The position numbers and the translations under genes were made by a program. A stretch of DNA of 46,925 nt from contig JAOUMT010000003.1 in the NCBI GenBank assembly GCA_029881355.1, positions 1-46,925 of the forward strand. The letters run 5' to 3'. Below are positions 8,425-17,994 of this stretch, one piece after another. How positions within the stretch are numbered: the first letter of the stretch is position 1; each line of letters starts with the position of its first letter. The notes under the pieces were generated by a model that was not told the origin of the DNA, did no database searches, and saw only the letters and a program-made list of their open reading frames with translations. Source of the stretch: Acidimicrobiia bacterium. GTDB taxonomy: Bacteria; Actinomycetota; Acidimicrobiia; Spongiisociales; JAENVV01.

Positions 8425-9708
8425 TCTCCGGTCCACAACCCTGGCCAGTTCACCGGTCCCACCGGCGACGGCAACCCGATTGTGGATGAGGCCGGCTTCA
8501 ATCCCCCGACTGGATGCCCACGGCAGAACCAGATCAACTGCCGCGGCTTTCACTTCGACGAGTATCAGGTCCGTCGTGGCTGCAGCCGCCAGATCGTCGC
8601 CGAGCCTGGTCCGATCGGACAAACTGTGAATCACCTCGACCGACGACGCTCCGAGTCGCGACAGATCGCTCGTCAGATGATCCTGGGCGAACTCCGGTGC
8701 GGTCGTAACAGCCAACACCCGCCGGCCCTCGACCGGCAATGATGGCTCAAGCTCATATCCCGCCGACAGGACTTTCATATCCGGATTCAGGTCGCTCAGG
8801 ACCTGTCGGAGGCGCCCAACCCGGCCTACCGATTGTTGATCGGGATCGACAATCACGACTGCGGTTGCCTGTTTGACCCGGAACGGACCCAGGTAGCCGT
8901 CGAGATATCCCGGATCGATATCGACGGGCATGACGAGCACATGGGCCTGTGCCTCAGCAGGAGGAAGGGCGGTGCCGCTCCCTTCGAAGATCATACGTTC
9001 GGGACCGAGCAGCTCAGCCGCGCTGACTCCGGCTGCAAAATTGTGGATATCGGTCTCACCAGAAATGCCTGCGCCGCATCGAAACGTACCGATGGTGTCG
9101 ACTCCGGCGAAGACGGCATCCTCGACGTAGTCGGAGGCTGCGTGCATGCCCAGCGCTGACAGTTCCGCGAGTCCCTCAATCGACGCGGTGAACTCCCCAG
9201 CTCGCAGAACCGTTGGCAACGCCGGACCGCCACGCCCCATCGTGACGATTGCCAGCTTGAGTCCGGTGTCCCGCCAATATCTCGCCAGTTCGATCGCGAC
9301 CGCCGTCTTACCGGTTCGTTTCCCGGTACCGCTTACCGCCACGGCAGGTATATCGGTAAGACGGGGGAATGTTGGAGGATCGAAACGGTAACCGGCTCCC
9401 TGATATCGGACATTCCTGGCCAACGCCAACGAAATCAGGGCGAATCGTTTCCGATGGTCGAGGACGGGTTCGTCACTGAGATCAATGACCACGTCCGGCG
9501 CCAGTGCATCGATGGTGTCGGCCAGCGCCTGTTCCGGATCGCCGACGACTACGGGCACCGAGAGATCCGGCGGGCGATCGGTTTTTTCGGTGCCTCCGAG
9601 GAACACTGCACCGACAATCTGATAACCGTCACTTGCGAGAGCGGAGAGCGCGCGTTCGACCACCGGCGGGTAATGCTGACCGTCGATGAGTACGAGGCAT
9701 CTCTGCAT
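8395..9708 (-). CDS. cpgS: Cyclic 2,3-diphosphoglycerate synthetase
   Basis: LIDGQHYPPVV, FLGGTEK, DLSDEPVLD, GTGKRTGKTAV, TMGRGGP, GMHAASDYVEDA, RCGAG, EGSG and VEVKAAAVD match the cDPGS family signature. Start re-called at ATG 9708 (TACGCT-N6-ATG). Confidence 0.9.
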   Translation of the reverse strand: MQRCLVLIDGQHYPPVVERALSALASDGYQIVGAVFLGGTEKTDRPPDLSVPVVVGDPEQALADTIDALAPDVVIDLSDEPVLDHRKRFALISLALARNVRYQGAGYRFDPPTFPRLTDIPAVAVSGTGKRTGKTAVAIELARYWRDTGLKLAIVTMGRGGPALPTVLRAGEFTASIEGLAELSALGMHAASDYVEDAVFAGVDTIGTFRCGAGISGETDIHNFAAGVSAAELLGPERMIFEGSGTALPPAEAQAHVLVMPVDIDPGYLDGYLGPFRVKQATAVVIVDPDQQSVGRVGRLRQVLSDLNPDMKVLSAGYELEPSLPVEGRRVLAVTTAPEFAQDHLTSDLSRLGASSVEVIHSLSDRTRLGDDLAAAATTDLILVEVKAAAVDLVLPWASSRGIEAGLIHNRVAVAGGTGELARVVDRRLGDNLVDLA

Positions 9709-9748
9709 CTGTGGAGCGTACCCTGGCCGGAATCCAAGCCGGGGCGGA

Positions 9749-12010
9749 TCAGTCCGAAACGCCGACCATTTGCTCGAGGTCATCGACGGTGACGAGTACG
9801 TCCCGGGCTTTGGAACCGTGTGACGGGCCGACTACCCCACGATTCTCAAGGACGTCCATGAGGCGTCCTGCCCTGGCAAACCCCACCCGGAGCTTGCGCT
9901 GCAGCATCGACGTCGACCCGAGCCCCGACCGGACCACCAGTTCGATTGCCTGGCGAATCAACTCGGCGTCTTCATCGTCGTCTTCGGCAGCTTGGACTTT
10001 GGCCTTCTCGGTCGAAGCCTCGATGACCTTGTCCTCATACTGAGCTTCCTTCTGCTTCTTCACCCAATTGACAACGGAGCGCACTTCTTCTTCCGACACC
10101 CAGGCACCTTGCACCCGGGCCGGTTTGGGATCCTTGGCGGTGACCAACAAAAGGTCACCCATGCCAACCAGCTTCTCGGCCCCGATGGTGTCAATGATGA
10201 CGCGACTGTCGGTCTGGGAAGCTACCGAAAAGGCCATCCGGGATGGGATGTTGGCTTTGATGACACCGGTGATGACATTCACCGACGGACGTTGAGTAGC
10301 AATCACCAGGTGGATGCCGACCGCTCGGGCCATTTGGGCGATCCGGACGATCGACGCTTCAACATCGCGACCCGCCACCATCATGAGGTCGTTGAGCTCG
10401 TCAATGAGGATCACGAGATACGGGAAACGATCGAAGCCGTCCTCGTCGACACCGCCAGCATCCCACTTTTCGTGATAGCCCCCGATGTCACGCACTCCGG
10501 CGTCTGCCAGGAGGTCGTAGCGGCGATCCATCTCCTCGACCGCCCACTTGAGCACCTCATTGGCTTTCTTCGGGTTGGTGATGACCCGGGTAAGGAGATG
10601 AGGAACTCCGTTGTACTGACCAAGCTCGACCCGTTTCGGATCAACCATGATCATCCGGAGCTCGTCCGGGTGAGTGCGCATAAGCAACGACGTGATCAAT
10701 GAGTTCATGCACGACGACTTACCAGCACCGGTCGCTCCGGCGATCAGAACATGTGGGAGTTCGGAGAGGTTCACCAGCGACGCACGACTGTTGATGTCCA
10801 TCCCCACGCCGACCACGGTGGGATGCGTCTCGTCCTTGGCTTCTTGGGATCGAAGTATGTCGCCGAGCGTGACCATGCGTCGTTTTCGGTTGGGTACCTC
10901 GACCCCGATGGCTGACTTGCCCGGGATTGGCGCCAGCAGTCGCACGTCCGGAGTCGCCATGGCGTAGGCGATGTCCGTCGCCAGATTGGTCACCCTGGAG
11001 ACCTTGACACCGGCCGCCAACTCGATTTCATAGCGAGTCACCGTCGGGCCGGGGACGATCTTGGTGAGCTTGGCGTCGACCCCATGCTGGCGAAGCGTTT
11101 CCTCAAGGTCGGCAGCGGTCTCTTCCAACGCCCTCCGGTTCTGACCTTCGGCTTTGCTCTCTCGCAGCAATTCGATCGGGGGCAGTTGATAGGTGCTGTC
11201 GGCTACCCGCCGGGGTGCCGGAGTCGACTCTTTCTTGGATTTCTTGGCCGGCTCGGGACGCGACTTGTCGGGGGTGCCCGATGGCTTCATCGGCTTGGGG
11301 CGGTGGGCCGACGGAGTCTTTTTCGCGACGTGTCGGGGCCGGGCCACTGGAAGTTTCGCTGGAATTTCGGACGTCAGGCCGCCCACCCATCCCTTGATTC
11401 TCGTCCCCACGGCTCGGAAACCGATGAACACTTCCCGCACACTGGTGCGAGTGGCGAGGAGAACCCCCATCGACGTAACGGCCGAAAGCACCACGAACGA
11501 GCCCCAAAAACCGATAACTCGACTCATTGGAAAGGCGACTAGCGACCCGATGGCTCCGCCCCTGGCGCGAACCAGGTCGGCATTGCCGAACAACTCAACC
11601 GCACCAGTGAGTAGATGGAAAAGCGAGAGCGCCCCGAAGTACGAGAGCGTGGTGCCGATACCAATCTTGCCGTAATCGTTGCGCGGATTCCCGATGATCA
11701 AAACGATGCCGACGGTGGCGAAAAGAATGGGAATGAAGTACGCCCACACGCCAAACAGCAGCGTCAGTCCCCCGTGGATCCAGTCTCCGAACGGTCCGGC
11801 CTTCCCGAAGAATGCCAGAGCCACGAGAATGCCAACAACGAGCAGGGCGACGCCCCACACATCATCGGTTTGGGATCCCAGCCTGCGCCGAAGCGATTCA
11901 AAAACGGAAGCCAGCGTGGTCCGTTTTTTGGCGGGGGTTTTTCTTTTGTTTGTCGAAGACACCCGTTTCCGACCGTTTGCCCCTGGACGGGTGGGTGTCC
12001 GTTTTGCCAT
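9749..12010 (-). CDS. ftsK: DNA translocase FtsK
   Basis: N-terminal transmembrane domain, GPTVTRYE, PHVLIAGATGAGKS, LIDELNDLMM, ATQRPSV, gamma domain STSMLQRKLRVGFARAGRLMD. Confidence 0.97.
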   Translation of the reverse strand: MAKRTPTRPGANGRKRVSSTNKRKTPAKKRTTLASVFESLRRRLGSQTDDVWGVALLVVGILVALAFFGKAGPFGDWIHGGLTLLFGVWAYFIPILFATVGIVLIIGNPRNDYGKIGIGTTLSYFGALSLFHLLTGAVELFGNADLVRARGGAIGSLVAFPMSRVIGFWGSFVVLSAVTSMGVLLATRTSVREVFIGFRAVGTRIKGWVGGLTSEIPAKLPVARPRHVAKKTPSAHRPKPMKPSGTPDKSRPEPAKKSKKESTPAPRRVADSTYQLPPIELLRESKAEGQNRRALEETAADLEETLRQHGVDAKLTKIVPGPTVTRYEIELAAGVKVSRVTNLATDIAYAMATPDVRLLAPIPGKSAIGVEVPNRKRRMVTLGDILRSQEAKDETHPTVVGVGMDINSRASLVNLSELPHVLIAGATGAGKSSCMNSLITSLLMRTHPDELRMIMVDPKRVELGQYNGVPHLLTRVITNPKKANEVLKWAVEEMDRRYDLLADAGVRDIGGYHEKWDAGGVDEDGFDRFPYLVILIDELNDLMMVAGRDVEASIVRIAQMARAVGIHLVIATQRPSVNVITGVIKANIPSRMAFSVASQTDSRVIIDTIGAEKLVGMGDLLLVTAKDPKPARVQGAWVSEEEVRSVVNWVKKQKEAQYEDKVIEASTEKAKVQAAEDDDEDAELIRQAIELVVRSGLGSTSMLQRKLRVGFARAGRLMDVLENRGVVGPSHGSKARDVLVTVDDLEQMVGVSD

Positions 12011-12052
12011 GTGGCTTTTACGTTACACGGTTGTGCGGGTAGGTCCAACCAC

Positions 12053-12085
12053 CTCCGCGCGATCATTCGCGCGGAGCGCGCGAAT
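12053..12085. terminator. GC-rich inverted repeats between rnj and ftsK (possible terminator or processing hairpin)
   Basis: CTCCGCGCGA-tcat-TCGCGCGGAG (12053-12076) and an overlapping alternative ATTCGCGCG-gag-CGCGCGAAT (12065-12085). No clear U-tract. Confidence 0.45.
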
Positions 12086-12104
12086 CACCACTCGACGCGG
12101 CTCG

Positions 12105-13733
12105 CTACACCTCGAGTACCACCGGGATCACCACGGGCTTGCGACTCGTTTCAGCCCGGATCACCTGCTGGGCGGCCAGCCGGACGGCTTTCTGATATTG
12201 GCCGAGCTCTGATTGCGGGTCCAATTCGGTAACGGCCGAACGGACCGCCTCGGCTGCTTTGGCCAAGATCCGGCGCGGGTCATCAGCGAAGCCGTGCGAG
12301 TCGATGTCCGGGCCGAGGATCACGCTGCTGTCCGAGCGCTGAACCCCCACGGTCACCACCACCACTCCGTCATCGGACAGGTGACCACGGGCTCTGAGCA
12401 CCGAGTTATTGACGTCGCCGGTCCCGTCGAAGTACACGTAACTTGCGTCAACCGCCCGGTTCGTCACATGGGTGCGATCGCCCTTGATCTCGATCATGTC
12501 GCCGTCCTCGAGGATGTTCACGTCGGGGACTTTCATCTGATCGGCAAGTTCGGCATGGGCTCGAAGATGTCGGTATTCGCCATGGACCGGAACAAAGCTC
12601 TTCGGGCGGATCACGTTGAGGAATGTGGTTAGTTCATCCCGAGCGGCGTGACCGGATACGTGGACCTTGGCGTTGCGGCCGTGATATACCCGGGCACCAG
12701 TCCGATTCAGCTTGCTGATTACCTTGGACACGGCCGCTTCGTTTCCCGGGATCGGCGTCGCCGAGATCAGCACCGTATCGTCTGGCTCGAGCGTTACCCA
12801 TTTGTGCCTGCCGGCCGCCATCAGCGACAGCGCCGCAAACGGTTCGCCTTGACTTCCGGTGGTTATCAGCAACTGTTTCTTGGCAGGAAGTTTCGTCAGT
12901 TCCTGAATCTCGACGATCTTGTCAGCCGGAATGTCGAGGACACCCAGCTCGGTTCCCACACCAGAAACCCGGTGCATTGACCGTCCGGCGAAGGCCACCG
13001 TCCGCCCGGCGGCGATCCCGGCGTCGGCGATCTGCTGAACCCGATGGACGTGGGACGCAAAGCAGGCCGCCACGACTCGCCCACCGGCCTTGGCGATGAT
13101 CTCCCCGATCTCGGAAGCGAGTGAGGTTTCCGATGGCACGAAACCAGGAATCTCGGCGTTCGTCGAGTCGGCCATGAGCAGGCGGACACCTTCCCGGCCG
13201 AAGTGCGCGAACTGCTGAAGGTCGGTCGGGCGACCGTCCACGGGGGTTGGGTCGAGCTTGAAGTCACCTGAATGGACGATGAAGCCCTCAGGCGTATCGA
13301 AGACGATACCGGCACCCTGCGGGATCGAGTGTGAGACCGGGACAAACATGAACCCGAAAGGCTTGTGTTCGATCCACCGATTGTCTTCACAACCGATGAA
13401 CTCGGCTTCGACACCGATCTCATCGACGCGCCCCCGTGCAAGAGCCACCGAGAGTTGGGTTCCGTACACCGGAACACCAGGGAACTCCTTGAGGAAATAG
13501 GCCAGAGCCCCGACATGGTCTTCGTGTCCGTGGGTCACGATGACACATTCGACATCCTGTTTACGCTCGATGAGCCACTCCCAGTTTGGGAACACCAGGT
13601 CGACGCCCAGCATGTCTGCTTCGGGGAACATGAGTCCGCAATCGATAAGGGCGATTTTGCCATCGTGCTCGATGGCCGCGCAGTTCCGACCGATCTCGCC
13701 CAGTCCGCCCAGGAATGTGATCTTCACACTCAC
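12105..13733 (-). CDS. rnj: Ribonuclease J
   Basis: FLGGLGEIGRN, THGHEDHVG, SHSIP, HSGDFKLD, DSTNAE, TGSQGEP, HVSGHA, PVHGEYRHL. Confidence 0.97.
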   Translation of the reverse strand: MSVKITFLGGLGEIGRNCAAIEHDGKIALIDCGLMFPEADMLGVDLVFPNWEWLIERKQDVECVIVTHGHEDHVGALAYFLKEFPGVPVYGTQLSVALARGRVDEIGVEAEFIGCEDNRWIEHKPFGFMFVPVSHSIPQGAGIVFDTPEGFIVHSGDFKLDPTPVDGRPTDLQQFAHFGREGVRLLMADSTNAEIPGFVPSETSLASEIGEIIAKAGGRVVAACFASHVHRVQQIADAGIAAGRTVAFAGRSMHRVSGVGTELGVLDIPADKIVEIQELTKLPAKKQLLITTGSQGEPFAALSLMAAGRHKWVTLEPDDTVLISATPIPGNEAAVSKVISKLNRTGARVYHGRNAKVHVSGHAARDELTTFLNVIRPKSFVPVHGEYRHLRAHAELADQMKVPDVNILEDGDMIEIKGDRTHVTNRAVDASYVYFDGTGDVNNSVLRARGHLSDDGVVVVTVGVQRSDSSVILGPDIDSHGFADDPRRILAKAAEAVRSAVTELDPQSELGQYQKAVRLAAQQVIRAETSRKPVVIPVVLEV

Positions 13734-14638
13734 AGAGATTGCGCCTTACCAACGGCCGCGACCAACGCGGCGGTCGTGGCATCCAAAGCCGGAAGCAGCG
13801 GTAGACGCGGCGCGCCCATTGGTTCCCAAAGCGCCGCCATGGCTCCTTTGAGCGGTACCGGATTTGGTTCGATAAAACACCCCTCAAAGGTAGGCATGAG
13901 CTGGTCGTGTAGCCGGGTAGCTTCGGGGAGATCGCCGGCCGCAGCTGCGCTCACCATCGCCTTGATCTGATTTCCAACAAGATGACTCGCCACCGAAACG
14001 ACCCCGCAGCCGCCTACGGCCATCATCGGTAGCGTCATGGAGTCGTCGCCCGAGTAGATGGCAAATCCTTCAGGCAGTCGCTGCCGGGCTCTCGTCGAGA
14101 ACCCGATATCGCCAACGGCGTCCTTGGTCGCGACGATGCGGGGGTGCCGGGCGAGCTCGACCAACGTTGGGATCTCCACAAGACACGACGTCCGACCCGG
14201 GATGTTGTAGACGATCACCGGTAGCTCTGTGGCATCGGCAATCGCGTTGAAATGAGCTACGAGCATCCGCTGGCTCGGTTTCGAATAATATGGTGTGACC
14301 GCCAGGATCGCATCGACGCCGTGGTCGGCCGCAGCCTTCGATGCCTCGACTGACGCCCTCGTGTCGTACGTGCCGGTTCCAGCGATGACGGGTGCCTTCC
14401 CGCCAACGGCGTCGACGGCAGCGGCGTACAGCGCCAGCTTCTCGGCTGCGGTCAACGTCGGAGATTCGCCGGTCGTGCCAGATACCAGCAGGCCATCTGA
14501 GCCGTGTGACGTCAGAAACCGACACAGTCGGTGGAACTGGTCAAAGTCGATCGCGCCATCGGATCCGAACGGAGTGATCATGGCCGTGATGACAGCACCA
14601 AAAGGTGCCTGAGTGGGGGTCGGGGTTCCGGCTGGCAT
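13730..14638 (-). CDS. dapA: 4-hydroxy-tetrahydrodipicolinate synthase
   Basis: TAMITPF, GTTGESPTL, VTPYYSKP, YNIPGRT, Schiff-base KDA, YSGDD, PNPVPLK. Start placed at 14638 (TAACCT-N7-ATG); 14644 is possible. Confidence 0.95.
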   Translation of the reverse strand: MPAGTPTPTQAPFGAVITAMITPFGSDGAIDFDQFHRLCRFLTSHGSDGLLVSGTTGESPTLTAAEKLALYAAAVDAVGGKAPVIAGTGTYDTRASVEASKAAADHGVDAILAVTPYYSKPSQRMLVAHFNAIADATELPVIVYNIPGRTSCLVEIPTLVELARHPRIVATKDAVGDIGFSTRARQRLPEGFAIYSGDDSMTLPMMAVGGCGVVSVASHLVGNQIKAMVSAAAAGDLPEATRLHDQLMPTFEGCFIEPNPVPLKGAMAALWEPMGAPRLPLLPALDATTAALVAAVGKAQSL

Positions 14639-14723
14639 TGCCATGAGGTTACACGCATTGCTCGCTCGTTCCGGCGCGTTGCCACCGAAAAACCATCTCA
14701 GGACGGCCACTAGAGTTCTGACT

Positions 14724-15554
14724 ATGGCAAATCCTTATGTAAAAGATGTCTCCGAAGCACAATTCATGACGGAGGTCGTTGATCGATCGACGCAGGTCCC
14801 TGTCCTCGTCGATTTTTGGGCAGAGTGGTGCGGCCCCTGCAAAACGCTCAGCCCTCTGCTTGAGGCCGCCGCGGCGGAATACGCAGGTGCGTTTGAGCTG
14901 GTCAAAATCGACGTTGACGCCAACCAGGCACTGTCACAACAAATGAAGGTGCAGGGCATTCCGACGGTGGTGGCGTTCGTGGGTGGCCAACCAGTAGGTC
15001 AATTTTCTGGCGCAGTGTCCGAAGCCGAGCTCCGAGCCTTCATCGAACAATTCGTCGGGCCGACCACCGATCCCGAAGTCGACGCGGCACTCGATCTCCT
15101 CGACACCGGCGACGTCGCCGGAGCCGAAGCCGCCCTGCGGTCGATTTTGACGGTTCGTGCCAGCGAGGATGCAGCCAAGACCCTCGCCATGATCTACATC
15201 GATACCGATCGTATGCCGGAAGCCCTGGAGGTTCTCTCAACGCTGACGCCTGACGACGAAACCAAACGACTCATCGCCATGGCCAATATGTCGACGGCGG
15301 CTGCGAATCTGGACTCGTACGCAACGGCCTTCTCGGAGGATCCCAATATCGAGAACCGCGTTTCGTACGCCAAAGCTCTCGCTGGTGCTGGTCAAGCCGA
15401 GATCGGCTTCGATGTTTTACTCGACGCGGTGGCAGAACGCGACGACGACAGTGACCCGGCTCGACTGGCGATGATCGAGATCTTCGAAATGCTCGGTTCG
15501 GAGGATCCGTTGGTCGGCGTATATCGGAAACGTTTGGCCAACGCCCTCTATTAG
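14724..15554 (+). CDS. cnoX: Thioredoxin-TPR co-chaperone (YbbN/CnoX family)
   Basis: Thioredoxin domain VDFWAEWCGPCK followed by helical TPR-like repeats and C-terminal YRKRLANALY. Start re-called at 14724 (TAGAGT-N7-ATG). Confidence 0.9.
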   Translation: MANPYVKDVSEAQFMTEVVDRSTQVPVLVDFWAEWCGPCKTLSPLLEAAAAEYAGAFELVKIDVDANQALSQQMKVQGIPTVVAFVGGQPVGQFSGAVSEAELRAFIEQFVGPTTDPEVDAALDLLDTGDVAGAEAALRSILTVRASEDAAKTLAMIYIDTDRMPEALEVLSTLTPDDETKRLIAMANMSTAAANLDSYATAFSEDPNIENRVSYAKALAGAGQAEIGFDVLLDAVAERDDDSDPARLAMIEIFEMLGSEDPLVGVYRKRLANALY

Positions 15555-15663
15555 GCGCACTTATTGAACGCCAGCTCGCCAGGGTCGCTTTCTCAAACGG
15601 ACCCACAGGTGGCTAATGTCCCCGGTTCGGTTTCCAACCGACTCCCTACCATGAAAGGCCGTC

Positions 15664-16173
15664 ATGGCTACCCAGTACGATGCCGCTCCAGCGCTCACCA
15701 TCGATCTCAACAAGTCCTACACCGCCAAGCTTGAGACGAACCACGGTGACATCACCGTGGAACTCGACGCGGTAAACGCTCCACAGACCGTCAACAACTT
15801 CGTGTTCTTGGCCAGAGACGGCTTCTACGACGGCGTCATCTTCCACCGCGTCATCGAGTCGTTCATGATTCAGGGGGGCGACCCGACCGGCACCGGTCGC
15901 GGCGGACCCGGTTACAAGTTCCGCGACGAACTCGACTCGGGCGGTTCATACAGTCGGGGTACCCTGGCGATGGCCAATGCGGGGCCCAATACGAATGGCA
16001 GCCAGTTCTTCATCGTCCACAAAGACGCCGGCCTTCCCAACGACTACACCATCTTCGGCAAGGTACTCGACGGGATCGAGACCGTCGACGCGATTGCCGC
16101 GACCCCCACCGGCCCTGGCGACCGTCCGCACACCGATTGTGTCATTTCGTCGGTGGAGATCATCGAGAGCTAA
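15664..16173 (+). CDS. Cyclophilin-type peptidyl-prolyl cis-trans isomerase (cytoplasmic)
   Basis: APQTVNNF, FHRVI..FMIQGGDP.GTG.GGPGY, LAMANAGPNTNGSQFFI. Confidence 0.96.
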   Translation: MATQYDAAPALTIDLNKSYTAKLETNHGDITVELDAVNAPQTVNNFVFLARDGFYDGVIFHRVIESFMIQGGDPTGTGRGGPGYKFRDELDSGGSYSRGTLAMANAGPNTNGSQFFIVHKDAGLPNDYTIFGKVLDGIETVDAIAATPTGPGDRPHTDCVISSVEIIES

Positions 16174-16175
16174 TC

Positions 16176-16862
16176 ATGGCCACGCGCATCCTCTGGTTTA
16201 CCCTGTTCGCGGCCGCCTTGACGGCGTGTGGGGCGGGCGAGACCGTCGACCAATTTGACGCAACCGGTGCCACTTCCGACGCGGTTCAGACCACGGCAAC
16301 CGTCTCGCCGTTGCCGCCCACGACGGTCGGGACAACCGATGCGACGAACGATGCACCGAAGTCGTACGGTGCGCCACCTGACTTGATGATCGACCCGGCG
16401 GCTCAGTACACGGCAACGATGAGCACGAACCTGGGCGACATCGTAATCGCCCTGTTCGCCGACACCGCCCCCAACACCGTGAACAACTTCGTGTTCCTGG
16501 CGAATGAGGGGTACTACGACGGCGTCATCTTCCATCGGGTGATTCCGGGGTTCGTTGCCCAGGCCGGCGACCCGACGGGGACCGGCCGGGGCGGTCCTGG
16601 CTACGCCTTCGATGACGAACTCAACGACCCGCGCCCCTACACAAGGGGTATCGTCGCCATGGCCAACTCAGGTCCCAATACGAACGGAAGTCAGTTCTTC
16701 ATCGTCCACGAAGACGTCGGACTTCCCTACGCGTATACGATTTTCGGGGAGGTAATCTCCGGATTGGATGTCGTCGATGCGATCGCCGCCACACCCACCG
16801 AACCGGGTGACCGACCAACCACTGACATCGTGATCGAGTCCATAGCGGTCGAGGAGAGCTAA
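16176..16862 (+). CDS. Cyclophilin-type PPIase, lipoprotein
   Basis: Start re-called at ATG 16176. Signal peptide with lipobox LTAC, Thr/Pro linker, then a cyclophilin domain colinear with the upstream paralog. Confidence 0.93.
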   Translation: MATRILWFTLFAAALTACGAGETVDQFDATGATSDAVQTTATVSPLPPTTVGTTDATNDAPKSYGAPPDLMIDPAAQYTATMSTNLGDIVIALFADTAPNTVNNFVFLANEGYYDGVIFHRVIPGFVAQAGDPTGTGRGGPGYAFDDELNDPRPYTRGIVAMANSGPNTNGSQFFIVHEDVGLPYAYTIFGEVISGLDVVDAIAATPTEPGDRPTTDIVIESIAVEES

Positions 16863-16903
16863 CAATCCGTGGCGTAGTCGCCCCGAGCGCGTAGCCTGGG
16901 GCC

Positions 16904-17635
16904 ATGGCTGAGTACTACTACACACAGGGAACAGACCGACACGGACCAATCGACCTTGCAGAACTGCAGAGTTTGGTGAGCAGTGGTCAGGTGGCTGGAA
17001 CCGAGTATTACTGGACGACGGGAATGGCCGATTGGGCCACCGTCAATACGTCCAGCCTCTTTTCCACCCAGGATGTGCCGTCGCCGTCCGGTGGCTACCC
17101 GCCACGTGTGGACGCGCCAGAACCTGCCGCGGATGTGCCCGCCCCCGGCGATCCCATCCCATCGACGCTCACCGGAGTACCTCCCGGCGATGCGAGTCCG
17201 AGCCCCACCGTCCCGGCGGCCGGAGCACCCGGAGCATCCACCACAGCCACCTGGTCCCCGAGTCCGATGTCGGCGACGCCGACGACTCAGTCGGACCAGG
17301 GCACCGTGCAACGAGTAGCCGCAAAGATGCCGAAGCCCCTATGGCTGATAGTCAATGGCATCGTGACCGGCCTGAGCGGAGTGTTTCTCATCCTCGGCAT
17401 CTTCACGATCCCGTTCGCGGCGGTCGTGATCTGGATGGCTGTCATGCTGTTCAAAGCCAATACGGCTTTGGAGAATGCCCGTCGAACCGGCTCCCTCGAG
17501 TCGCTAGAGAAGGCTGCCAGTAACCTCAACACGTACTTCGCCATCATCACCATCATGACAATTCTCAGTATCGTGATCACCCTCGTTGCGTTCGTGGCGA
17601 TCGGGGCGAGCCTGTCGGAATTCAACCGGTTCTGA
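16904..17635 (+). CDS. GYF_2 (DUF4339) domain membrane protein with DUF5362-like C-terminus
   Basis: YYY...HGPIDLAELQSLVSSGQV...YWTTGMADW is a GYF_2 pattern, followed by a Pro-rich linker and about 3 TM helices. TAGCCT-N6-ATG. Confidence 0.8.
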   Translation: MAEYYYTQGTDRHGPIDLAELQSLVSSGQVAGTEYYWTTGMADWATVNTSSLFSTQDVPSPSGGYPPRVDAPEPAADVPAPGDPIPSTLTGVPPGDASPSPTVPAAGAPGASTTATWSPSPMSATPTTQSDQGTVQRVAAKMPKPLWLIVNGIVTGLSGVFLILGIFTIPFAAVVIWMAVMLFKANTALENARRTGSLESLEKAASNLNTYFAIITIMTILSIVITLVAFVAIGASLSEFNRF

Positions 17636-17636
17636 G

Positions 17637-17993
17637 TTGTCTGAACCCGCCGAGTTCGCCGACGACCCGGCTGGCGGATGCGGTCCGGCGTTGGCCGTCC
17701 TGCTGACGTTTGTGACCTTCTCGATCGTCACTGCGTGGATCGGGATAGCCACCACGAATCTCGCAATGTATTTTGCCGGCCTGCCCGTCTCCGGCGTGTT
17801 TGCGCTATTCGGCTCCGAACTGGTACTCGCCTGGCCGCTCGACGCCCTCGTCTGGATATCGGCGGCCTGGATGGTCGGCCAGCGAGTTCCGTCATCGCGT
17901 TACGTTCGAGTGGTGCTGATCATTCTCGGTGCGGCGATCGCCTACGGGTACACCCTCAGCCAGTTTGTGGAACCAACCGGATCGATCCTCTAG
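17637..17993 (+). CDS. Hypothetical membrane protein (about 3-4 TM)
   Basis: Hydrophobic ORF filling the gap to dapB. TTG start immediately after the upstream stop. Confidence 0.65.
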   Translation: MSEPAEFADDPAGGCGPALAVLLTFVTFSIVTAWIGIATTNLAMYFAGLPVSGVFALFGSELVLAWPLDALVWISAAWMVGQRVPSSRYVRVVLIILGAAIAYGYTLSQFVEPTGSIL

Positions 17994-17994
17994 A

